Positions 1-6,711 of a DNA stretch of 64,000 bases are shown in pieces. The notes beneath the pieces are model-generated. The model saw nothing but the letters and a program-made list of their open reading frames with translations, ran no database searches and was not told the DNA's origin. Each line of letters starts with the position of its first letter. Position 1 is the stretch's first letter. Position numbers and translations under genes: made by a program. The stretch is from positions 317,444 through 381,443 of IMG/VR virus record IMGVR_UViG_3300032334_002567. The stretch is one strand, 5' to 3'.

Positions 1-181
1 CGACGGCCAGCCTGCAAAGATTGTGGGTTGGAAAGAAAAGTTTCCAATCGTGAGCCAAATCGACGGCCCTCTTGCTTTTGAGTGGTCGTGGGCCGCTGTC
101 AACAGGATCATGTCCGGTGATCGACAGTTCAAGAGCTAGATCATTTGTACCCTATTAAAGCGTTCAACACCCCAACGGAGA

Positions 182-514
182 ATGATCATGGAATACACCG
201 AAGCCCTCAAAGTTCTTGGCAAGCGTGATTCGAAGAAAGTCGGAAACAACACCTACATGATCCGGCTGGGTTCGGACATCGGTATTCGACTTCACAACAC
301 CGTTGTGGTGACCATCCATCCCGACAATACCTACACACTCAATAGCGGTGGATGGCAGACAGTGACAACAAAGGATCGGATCAACCAGTATTCACCGGTT
401 CGTGTGTATCAATCAAAAAGCGTTTGGTATGTCGGTCAAGGCGAGCTGTTTTACGACAACATGAAAGTCGGTGTCGTTTGCGGTGAGCCGCTAGCTTTAG
501 GAATTGTACCCTAG
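182..514 (+). CDS. Hypothetical phage protein (GGWQTVTTKDRIN motif)
   Basis: ORF after leader with GGAG RBS; its stop TAG lies inside the next repeat. Confidence 0.8.
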   Translation: MIMEYTEALKVLGKRDSKKVGNNTYMIRLGSDIGIRLHNTVVVTIHPDNTYTLNSGGWQTVTTKDRINQYSPVRVYQSKSVWYVGQGELFYDNMKVGVVCGEPLALGIVP

Positions 515-553
515 TAGGTTGTGTAACCACCCCCAACGGAGTTGTGAAAAAAC

Positions 554-835
554 ATGATGAACTACAGCGGTTGTAACAGCTGGATCTACATCTACGCCAT
601 CGGTGGCAATTGGAACCCCGGCCCCAGCGGTGACGAGTTCGTGGGCTGTGCCTACGACGCCTCCACTGCCCTCAGCCTGCTCGACTTGGTCGAGTTGAAG
701 GGTGGCTATGCCGTCAGCCTGCACGGTGACAACCTGCATACGCTCAATGCCGTCAGCGGCGAGTGTGGTGTGCGGGAAGCCCGTATCATGTTCAAGCTCT
801 GGAAAGAGAAAGAGGCGGTCGTTGTCGCTGGGTAA
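554..835 (+). CDS. Hypothetical protein, cassette gene
   Basis: ORF fills the space between repeats at 504 and 847; GGAG RBS. Confidence 0.7.
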   Translation: MMNYSGCNSWIYIYAIGGNWNPGPSGDEFVGCAYDASTALSLLDLVELKGGYAVSLHGDNLHTLNAVSGECGVREARIMFKLWKEKEAVVVAG

Positions 836-888
836 CAATAAATAAATTGTACCCTAAAAGAGTGTTCGATCCCAACGGAGAAGCGATC

Positions 889-1032
889 ATGGAAATTAAA
901 TTCAACTTCAAAACACGTCAGTACGACGTTTGCATCACATTCTTCGACGGCAGAACCCCCATAAATGTTTGCTCTTTCTACAAAGAGTCGGATGCTCGCG
1001 CCTACGTCATGGTTCACAATGTCAAGTGTTAG
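889..1032 (+). CDS. Hypothetical 47-aa protein (MEIKFNFK...)
   Basis: ATG 889 follows CCCAACGGAG; restart within track ORF 763..1032. Confidence 0.7.
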   Translation: MEIKFNFKTRQYDVCITFFDGRTPINVCSFYKESDARAYVMVHNVKC

Positions 1033-1091
1033 ATTCAATAAATAAATTGTACCCTGACAGAGTGTTCGATCCACCCCAACGGAGTTTTGAA

Positions 1092-1244
1092 ATGACCGAA
1101 AACGAAATCAATGTTCTGGAAGAGGCCGCATCGCACATTCGAAACGATGCTTACAACTGCGATAGCAGTCTGGATCGCAAGTATTTCGAAAAGCTTGCCG
1201 ATAAGATCGAAGACATTATCGCCAAGCATAATCAAAGCAAATAA
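1092..1244 (+). CDS. Hypothetical 50-aa protein (MTENEINV...)
   Basis: ATG after leader RBS; stop abuts the next repeat. Confidence 0.75.
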   Translation: MTENEINVLEEAASHIRNDAYNCDSSLDRKYFEKLADKIEDIIAKHNQSK

Positions 1245-1293
1245 ATTGTACCCTAGATGATTGTTCGATTCACACCCCAACGGAGAAGCGATC

Positions 1294-1674
1294 ATGGCAA
1301 GCTGGTACACCGTCAGCGAGAGCAAGATTCAGTGGGCTCCCATCGGCACCCGTGTTCTGAAGACTGGCGAGACTAAGCCGAAGTTTTCCCGGATCGGCGT
1401 CCGTATCAATATGGTGGACGGTAGCTGGTGGTTCCACAGCTTCAAGCACGATAGCTGGACGCAACACTATCCCCGGAAGCAGGCCACCGACAAGCTGGGA
1501 CGGCCCATTTTCGAGGATGGTCAGCCGCTCCTGCGACCGGAACGCAAGGAAACCTACCGCAACTGGATGGCGGTTGTGAGAGAGTTCGGCACTCGACTGC
1601 CCGCTCTGGTTGTCGCTCTGGAAAACGGTCACGCCGAAGCTCTGCTAGCCGAAGCAGAGAAAACGGCAGCGTAA
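1294..1674 (+). CDS. Hypothetical protein (MASWYTVS...KTAA)
   Basis: ATG after CCCCAACGGAG; restart within track ORF 1261..1674. Confidence 0.8.
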   Translation: MASWYTVSESKIQWAPIGTRVLKTGETKPKFSRIGVRINMVDGSWWFHSFKHDSWTQHYPRKQATDKLGRPIFEDGQPLLRPERKETYRNWMAVVREFGTRLPALVVALENGHAEALLAEAEKTAA

Positions 1675-1681
1675 AACGTGT

Positions 1682-1738
1682 GCTAGGGGCGGCAAGGCTC
1701 TACGGCCAAAAGCCGCGAAACTGCTAGCCGCCCCTAGC
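1682..1738 (+). other. GC-rich hairpin without U-tract (linker type B)
   Basis: GCTAGGGGCGGC / GCCGCCCCTAGC perfect 12-bp inverted repeat. Confidence 0.8.
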
Positions 1739-1810
1739 CCGTTGGGGTACTTATAAATAATTGTACCCTAAAAGTGTGTTGCGAACGCCCCTCTTTTTCA
1801 AGGATGAAAA

Positions 1811-1981
1811 ATGTACGCTCTGACGATGATCATAGGTTTTCTTGGCTACGGGTTCGGGTACGAGGGTTGTGAAAAAGGAAAGATATATTTCGGCGTGTAT
1901 ACCCCCAAAGCCGAATATGGTTGGGTCATGACAGAAAAAGACGTTTATCTGGATACCGTGTACCAGAAAACTTCTAAATAA
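1811..1981 (+). CDS. Hypothetical 56-aa protein (MYALTMIIGFLGYGFGY...), not in ORF track
   Basis: Manually translated; AAGGA RBS; TAA abuts the repeat at 1983. Confidence 0.65.
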   Translation: MYALTMIIGFLGYGFGYEGCEKGKIYFGVYTPKAEYGWVMTEKDVYLDTVYQKTSK

Positions 1982-2022
1982 ATTGTACCCTAGTTGATTG
2001 TTCGATCCAACCCCAACGGAGA

Positions 2023-2247
2023 ATGACAATGCCAAATATCAACTGGTTCGACGGTCAGAATGCGGTTGGCAAGTACGTTATGGAACTCATGTACGACGAC
2101 GGTAGCGTCAGCTACATGAAAAATGAGAACTACGAGCAGATTTGCCACTACTACCGGCTTGCTTTGGAAATGTCGGAAGTGGTGGGTGCGACCATCTACA
2201 ACCCAAAGTGGCAAGTAGTTTGCTCGACAGCACGGGCCGCAGCGTGA
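2023..2247 (+). CDS. Hypothetical protein ending ARAAA
   Basis: ORF after leader/RBS. Confidence 0.75.
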   Translation: MTMPNINWFDGQNAVGKYVMELMYDDGSVSYMKNENYEQICHYYRLALEMSEVVGATIYNPKWQVVCSTARAAA

Positions 2248-2353
2248 ACACGGTTGCCTGGGCGGGTTGAGACAAAACTCCCCGCCCTGGCCTGTTAGGG
2301 TATTTATATTGTACCCTATAGAAGTGTCAGCCACCCCAAACACAGGAGCCAAT

Positions 2354-2515
2354 ATGAGCAATAACGAAAAACCGTACTGCTTCGAAGAAGCCCGTTTCAA
2401 GCGTGAAATGGAATACGTGGCTCGTAAGCTCAAAGAGGCGTTGGAACTCAAGGAATACGCCAAACAACTGGCAAAAGAAAAAGAACAAAAAGAGAAAGAG
2501 GAAAGCCGGGACTAA
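2354..2515 (+). CDS. Hypothetical 53-aa charged protein (MSNNEKPY...)
   Basis: AGGAG RBS before ATG 2354. Confidence 0.7.
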   Translation: MSNNEKPYCFEEARFKREMEYVARKLKEALELKEYAKQLAKEKEQKEKEESRD

Positions 2516-2535
2516 CACCCCCGGTTCTCTTTTTT
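2504..2535 (+). terminator. Rho-independent terminator (linker type A)
   Basis: GCCGGG..CCCGGT stem followed by TCTCTTTTTT. Confidence 0.7.
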
Positions 2536-2595
2536 AGTCGGCCATAGGGTACAAATAAAATAAAAAGGGATATACAATAATTGTACCCTATAACA

Positions 2596-2713
2596 GTGTG
2601 AATGATTGCGAGGCCGCACCATCGGCACTACTGTCCGGTTGCAAACGGCAGTAACTCGCGGGAGCGGTATGCCGAAAGGCAGCGAGTGGTGCACCCCATC
2701 GCAATCGTTCACA
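2596..2713 (+). ncRNA. Putative structured ncRNA (~118 nt) occupying a cassette slot
   Basis: 15-bp closing stem 2597-2611/2699-2713 (one G-U); inner stems GCACCA/TGGTGC, TACTG/CAGTA, CTCGC/GCGAG and a TGCC-GAAA-GGCA tetraloop hairpin; no RBS; flanked by repeats at 2581 and 2723. Confidence 0.7.
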
Positions 2714-2766
2714 ACAAAACAATTGTACCCTAGAAAAGTGTTCGATTCACCCCAACGGAGACGATC

Positions 2767-3102
2767 ATGACTTTCGTCAACCTGACCCCGCACACGATCA
2801 CTGTGGTTCTCGACAATACCAGCGTGCAATTCCCGGCTTCTGGCAACGTGGCCCGTGTTTCCACCAGTCGAGTCTCTGGCCCCACGCTAACCGTCTACGG
2901 CGATTCTGTCGGTATCCAGACTTCCCGTGTCGAGTTCGGGGCAGTCGAGGGGCTTCCCGATCCCGTGGACGGCACGGTTTACATTGTGAGCGGAATGGTC
3001 GCAGCCCGTGTCAACCGGCCCGACGTTTTCGCTCCCGGTGAACTGGTGCGTGATGCAAACGGCCAGCCCACCGGCTGCAAGGGTCTGACTTGCAGCGGTT
3101 GA
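2767..3102 (+). CDS. NLTPH-motif protein; possible Crn4-like ring nuclease
   Basis: Motifs NLTPH, GLPDP..G..YIVS, RPDV..PG..VRD..G...GC..L. Family link recalled, not searched. Confidence 0.55.
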   Translation: MTFVNLTPHTITVVLDNTSVQFPASGNVARVSTSRVSGPTLTVYGDSVGIQTSRVEFGAVEGLPDPVDGTVYIVSGMVAARVNRPDVFAPGELVRDANGQPTGCKGLTCSG

Positions 3103-3159
3103 TTATTATAATTGTACCCTATAGAAGTGTTCGATCCCAACCCCAACGGAGACTCACGA

Positions 3160-3600
3160 ATGAACGACATTCTTCTCGCCGCCCTGACCAGCTGCTTCAG
3201 CAAGATGGCAAAGGCCGCTGGCCCGATTGCCCCCGGCCTGCACCAGGTCGATGAAACGATCACGATGCGGGTCAAGGGCGAGGTGCTGAAGTCGGACGAC
3301 GAAACCTACGTCCCGACGATTGCGATTCCCGTCAAGGCCGTGATGGCTACGTTGCTCCCCCGGTTGGGTGCGACACGGGAGGCTGCGATGGAAACGCTTA
3401 TCGCCGCCATGACTGAAGCGGTCAATCTGGACAAGCTGGGCGATGAAACGCTCAAAGCCCGGATGAAAGACGTTGACGCGGCTTTCGAGCATGTGCAGAA
3501 CGTGCTCGACGCCCTCCCGCCAAAGACACGGACGGGAAAGACGAACGTGGACGTGACCCTTGTGGTCGCTCCCACGCCCGCCGTCGCACTTGTCCCGTGA
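3160..3600 (+). CDS. Hypothetical 146-aa protein (MNDILLAA...)
   Basis: ATG after CCCCAACGGAG; restart within track ORF 3112..3600. Confidence 0.8.
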   Translation: MNDILLAALTSCFSKMAKAAGPIAPGLHQVDETITMRVKGEVLKSDDETYVPTIAIPVKAVMATLLPRLGATREAAMETLIAAMTEAVNLDKLGDETLKARMKDVDAAFEHVQNVLDALPPKTRTGKTNVDVTLVVAPTPAVALVP

Positions 3601-3612
3601 CGATACGGCATC

Positions 3613-3644
3613 GGGGGCGGGAGGAACTAACAACTCCCGCCCCC
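3613..3644 (+). other. GC-rich hairpin (linker type B)
   Basis: GGGGGCGGGAG / CTCCCGCCCCC perfect 11-bp stem. Confidence 0.8.
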
Positions 3645-3709
3645 ACTAGCCGTTTGTGCAATTGTACCCTATTGGTTTGTGTGATTCGTCCCTTTACTTT
3701 GGAGCAGTT

Positions 3710-3892
3710 ATGGAAGCGAAAATCGAGAACGGCTTTCTGGTTCTGCGAGTCCCGATGAATGCAACGCCGATTCGTTCGTCTACCGGCAAGACTTTGGTGG
3801 TTGCCTCGACCTATGGCAACAAGGCAACCGAAGTGACGGTGGACGGCAAGACGGTCACCGTGGGCGTCAACGCCTATATCAAGGCCGCTTGA
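3710..3892 (+). CDS. Hypothetical 60-aa protein (SSTGKTLVVASTYGN motif), ends KAA
   Basis: GGAG RBS, ATG 3710. Confidence 0.8.
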   Translation: MEAKIENGFLVLRVPMNATPIRSSTGKTLVVASTYGNKATEVTVDGKTVTVGVNAYIKAA

Positions 3893-3913
3893 CCCCAACG
3901 GTTCGGATCGAAA

Positions 3914-3950
3914 GCCGGAGGGGACAGCCACCCCCTCCGGTTCTTTTTTT
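3914..3950 (+). terminator. Rho-independent terminator (linker type A)
   Basis: GCCGGAGGGG / CCCCTCCGGT stem + TCTTTTTTT. Confidence 0.85.
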
Positions 3951-4039
3951 AGCCCGCCATAGGGTACAAATAAATATATAAAATAATTGTACCCTAGATA
4001 AGTGTTCGATCTAACCTTCCCTCTCACTTGGAGTCAACG

Positions 4040-4108
4040 ATGATCGCTCTCGTTCTCGCGTTTGGCCTTGGTTTCGCCGCCATTTCTGCCGTTTACTGGG
4101 TGCTGTAA
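4040..4108 (+). CDS. 22-aa hydrophobic peptide MIALVLAFGLGFAAISAVYWVL
   Basis: Own leader repeat at 3987 and GGAG RBS; manually translated. Confidence 0.55.
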   Translation: MIALVLAFGLGFAAISAVYWVL

Positions 4109-4201
4109 AGCTCCCAGTCTAACACCTGAGTGATTAGGGTATAAAGTAATTGTACCCTAGATAAGTGTTCGATCCGATCCCACCCCAACCGGAGACGCAC
4201 G

Positions 4202-4495
4202 ATGAAGAACGCTTTCGACCGCACGAACAGCATGAAGAACAAGCTCAAGGCCGATTGGAACCGGATGGTGGGGGAACTGGTGTCCATCCCCGCCGGTTGC
4301 CAGATTCACAGCCTGACGCTCACGCAGACCAACTTCGGTTGGGTCTACGCCCGGAAGCACGGCCAGCCCGTGCCGGTCGCCCAGTTGCGGAACGCCGCCG
4401 TGACGAAGGGTTACTGTATCCTGCACGACGGCCCCAACTTCCGGGTGGCCCTCCCGCCGAAGCGGAACGGGGAGCCGGTCAAGGCCGCAGCGTGA
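4202..4495 (+). CDS. Hypothetical protein ending VKAAA
   Basis: ORF after leader/RBS. Confidence 0.8.
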   Translation: MKNAFDRTNSMKNKLKADWNRMVGELVSIPAGCQIHSLTLTQTNFGWVYARKHGQPVPVAQLRNAAVTKGYCILHDGPNFRVALPPKRNGEPVKAAA

Positions 4496-4503
4496 ACACG
4501 GTT

Positions 4504-4538
4504 GCCGGGGCGGGTCGAGACTAACTCCCCGCCCCGGC
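4504..4538 (+). other. GC-rich hairpin (linker type B), near-copy of 2256-2291
   Basis: GCCGGGGCGGG / CCCGCCCCGGC; flanks GGCCGCAGCGTGAACACGGTTGCC and TATTTATATTGTACCCTATAGAAGTGT are shared with 2235-2327. Confidence 0.8.
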
Positions 4539-4611
4539 CCCGTTGGGGTACTTGTATTTATATTGTACCCTATAGAAGTGTTCGATCCCCACCCCCAACC
4601 GGAGCCGCCCC

Positions 4612-5001
4612 ATGTTGAATGAAGCGTTCTTTCAGGTGTGCAACGATGCCGTCCCCGCAAAGTCCAGCTACGTCTCGCTCTACGTCAACGTGCCGTACTA
4701 CGGTGGGCCGGAGGAAGGTGGATGGTGGGGCAGTGACACCGCACTAGTCGCTCACTACAAGTGTGACAGCCAGCCCCATGCCGAAGCTGTGAAGGCCCGT
4801 GTCGAGGAGCTGGCCCAGCAGTTGAGCGACGATGCCCGCCGGTCGTTTGGTCAAGCCTGCAAGGCCCAGTGTGAATGGCTGGACGCACGTGGGTTGGACG
4901 CCGACTACCTGCCCGAAGTGGACGGGGAGGAAACCTACTGGGTCGCCGTCGAGGATCGCCCCGGTGAACACGCCAGCCAAGGGTGCAGGCACTACGAATA
5001 A
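4612..5001 (+). CDS. Hypothetical phage protein (YGGPEEGGWW motif)
   Basis: ORF after leader; stop abuts the repeat at 5004. Confidence 0.8.
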   Translation: MLNEAFFQVCNDAVPAKSSYVSLYVNVPYYGGPEEGGWWGSDTALVAHYKCDSQPHAEAVKARVEELAQQLSDDARRSFGQACKAQCEWLDARGLDADYLPEVDGEETYWVAVEDRPGEHASQGCRHYE

Positions 5002-5025
5002 AATTGTACCCTATCAAGCACACCG

Positions 5026-5060
5026 ACCGGAGGGGACAGCCAACCCTCCGGCTTTCTTTT
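5026..5060 (+). terminator. Rho-independent terminator (linker type A)
   Basis: CCGGAGGG / CCCTCCGG + T-tract; near-copy of 3914-3950. Confidence 0.8.
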
Positions 5061-5255
5061 CAGCCCGCCATTGGGTACAAATAAAGTAATACATAATAAT
5101 TGTACCCTAGTAATATACAGGAGGGTATTACAAAGATAATAATACAGAAATAAAAAGCGAAAACCTTTTAAAAAAATTGTACCCTAGGTACCCTCCCCCC
5201 CGCAATTACTGTCTTATTTTTTAAGTCGTCCTGACTTTTTTTCCCGTATTAGCAC

Positions 5256-5324
5256 CGTTGCAAAATCCCGGTTACAAACGTTGCAAAATCCCGGTTACAA
5301 ACGTTGCAAAATACCAGTTACAAA
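5256..5324. repeat. 3 x 23-bp tandem repeat CGTTGCAAAATCCCGGTTACAAA
   Basis: Two exact copies and one with two mismatches. Confidence 0.9.
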
Positions 5325-5636
5325 ATTTTGGCCCTAGTAATTCTTTATTTTCTCCATATGGGCTTAAGATTTTAATATTGATGACATCTTTAAAAAATCC
5401 AGCCAAAAAATTCCATAAAATTCTATTACAAATTTTGGCCCCAACAATTCTTCGTTCTATGCCGTATAAATAAATTAGGCAAAATGGAGTGCCTCTAAAA
5501 AAATGCGGCACGAAATTTTTAACGAAGGAGTGTTATGGATTATTATTCTATAAGTGGATTGGCAGTAATTACATCAATTATTTGGTTGTTTTGCTATTGT
5601 GTAAAAATAACAATGGACAATAACGAATAGACCCCC

Positions 5637-5664
5637 TAGACAAAACCTACTCTTCTGGTAAGAT
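5637..5664 (+). promoter_or_regulatory. Sigma70-type promoter TAGACA-N16-TAAGAT, extended -10
   Basis: TGG precedes the -10. Confidence 0.45.
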
Positions 5665-5739
5665 GTCCCGTAAGGAGATCACAAAGAAGTTCTCTAGGAG
5701 AAAAAATGAAAGTCAAAAGCAGGTAGTGTTCTTACTAAA

Positions 5740-5922
5740 ATGATAGCAAAACTTATTTTAGCTTTTTTGCTGATTATAACCATTCTTGTTGGTTATAGTT
5801 CTATTCAAGCTGTTGCAGAACCTACAAAAGTAGAGAAAAAAGTAGAAGACAAATCGAAATGTTTTTGTAATGGATTAAGTTTGCCCCAAGAGCGTCAGTG
5901 TCCAACAATGAACGATTTGTGA
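5740..5922 (+). CDS. Small protein with N-terminal signal/TM segment
   Basis: Hydrophobic N-terminus. Confidence 0.5.
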   Translation: MIAKLILAFLLIITILVGYSSIQAVAEPTKVEKKVEDKSKCFCNGLSLPQERQCPTMNDL

Positions 5923-5930
5923 GATTCTTC

Positions 5931-6152
5931 ATGGCATGGAATATCCCAGAAATTAAAAAATGGGCAAAGAACCATAAAATAGAAGTTAAATTAGACAAAG
6001 AGTCTAAAAAATACAGATGGACAATAGATGATAAAGTAAGTGAACTTTTATCTATAGATGATTTAGTCCCTCAGGTATTTAACTTTTTAACGGACAACAA
6101 GTACGTTCAGCATCAGGAAGAATATAGGAACAAAAAAGACACTAAATTATAA
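5931..6152 (+). CDS. Hypothetical protein (MAWNIPE...)
   Basis: Track ORF 5898..6152; ATG 5931 avoids overlap. Confidence 0.55.
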   Translation: MAWNIPEIKKWAKNHKIEVKLDKESKKYRWTIDDKVSELLSIDDLVPQVFNFLTDNKYVQHQEEYRNKKDTKL

Positions 6153-6168
6153 CATATATAAAATTGTT

Positions 6169-6711
6169 ATGTTATTTTTTAGAAGTTTTATTTGTTTTAG
6201 GTTAAATGGGAAAATAAATTCAAAAACAGTTAGTGAATTTGAAGAAATACTTTCAAATTGTTTAAAAACAAAACAAAATATACTTCCTATAGTAATAAAC
6301 TCAACAGGAGGTTGTGCTTATTCTTTAGTATCTTTATATGAAAAAATTAAAAAATCAAAAATAAAAGTAGCAACAATAGTTGAGCACAAAGCATTATCAG
6401 CAGCGGCATTTCTTCTGTCTTGTGGCAATCAAGGATACAGATATATGGCCAAAGAAGCAGTTGTTATGATACATGATGCACATTCAGCGGATTTAAAACC
6501 AGACTTAAAAGAAATAGAAAGAATTAATAGCGTATTATACAACATATTAGAAAACAACTCTAATAAAAAAAACAACTTTTTTAAGAACATAATGCAAGAC
6601 AATAAATGTTCAGATCTATATCTAAATGCTGAACAATGTCTCAAATATAAAATTATTGATTTTATTGGAATTCCTATAATTAAATCAATAATAGAAAAAG
6701 AATATTCATAG
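6169..6711 (+). CDS. clpP: ClpP-like serine protease (S14)
   Basis: INSTGG, ALSAAAFLL (Ser), MIHD (His), DLYLNAEQCLKYKIID (Asp). Confidence 0.85.
   Translation: MLFFRSFICFRLNGKINSKTVSEFEEILSNCLKTKQNILPIVINSTGGCAYSLVSLYEKIKKSKIKVATIVEHKALSAAAFLLSCGNQGYRYMAKEAVVMIHDAHSADLKPDLKEIERINSVLYNILENNSNKKNNFFKNIMQDNKCSDLYLNAEQCLKYKIIDFIGIPIIKSIIEKEYS

Larger units (their letters stand above)
145..5194 (+). repeat. Dispersed conserved leader repeat (core TTGTACCCT, 18 copies) heading each unit of a small-gene array
   Basis: Core starts at 145, 504, 847, 1047, 1246, 1761, 1983, 2309, 2581, 2723, 3112, 3662, 3987, 4150, 4563, 5004, 5100, 5177. In the first 15 copies it is followed after exactly 6 nt by GTGT/TTGT/GCGT, often GTGTTCGAT, and usually by CCCCAAC(C)GGAG before an ATG. 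Confidence 0.95.

Noticed and set aside
2596-2713. tRNA, hammerhead ribozyme or c-di-GMP riboswitch
   Set aside because: No T-loop/cloverleaf and no CUGANGA core. The GCAAA and GAAA loops are not in the c-di-GMP-I arrangement, and the element is separated from the next gene by a new leader.
497-5089. Minus-strand and alternative-frame ORFs in the array (e.g. 497-838, 3154-3633, 3452-4027, 4165-4524)
   Set aside because: Shadows of GC-rich + strand genes; they run across the leaders (recurring LGYN/LYP translations) and lack RBSs.
145-5194. CRISPR array
   Set aside because: Spacing is irregular (about 75-550 nt), the intervals are ORFs with RBSs, the repeat is short and degenerate, and no cas genes are present.
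145-5194. Classical integron with attC sites
   Set aside because: No consistent RYYYAAC..GTTRRRY boxes or long attC palindromes, and no IntI in the window. Kept only as an architectural analogy.
5258-5511. ORFs 5258-5473 and 5272-5511
   Set aside because: They arise from tandem repeats in an apparently non-coding junction; no RBS or recognisable motif.
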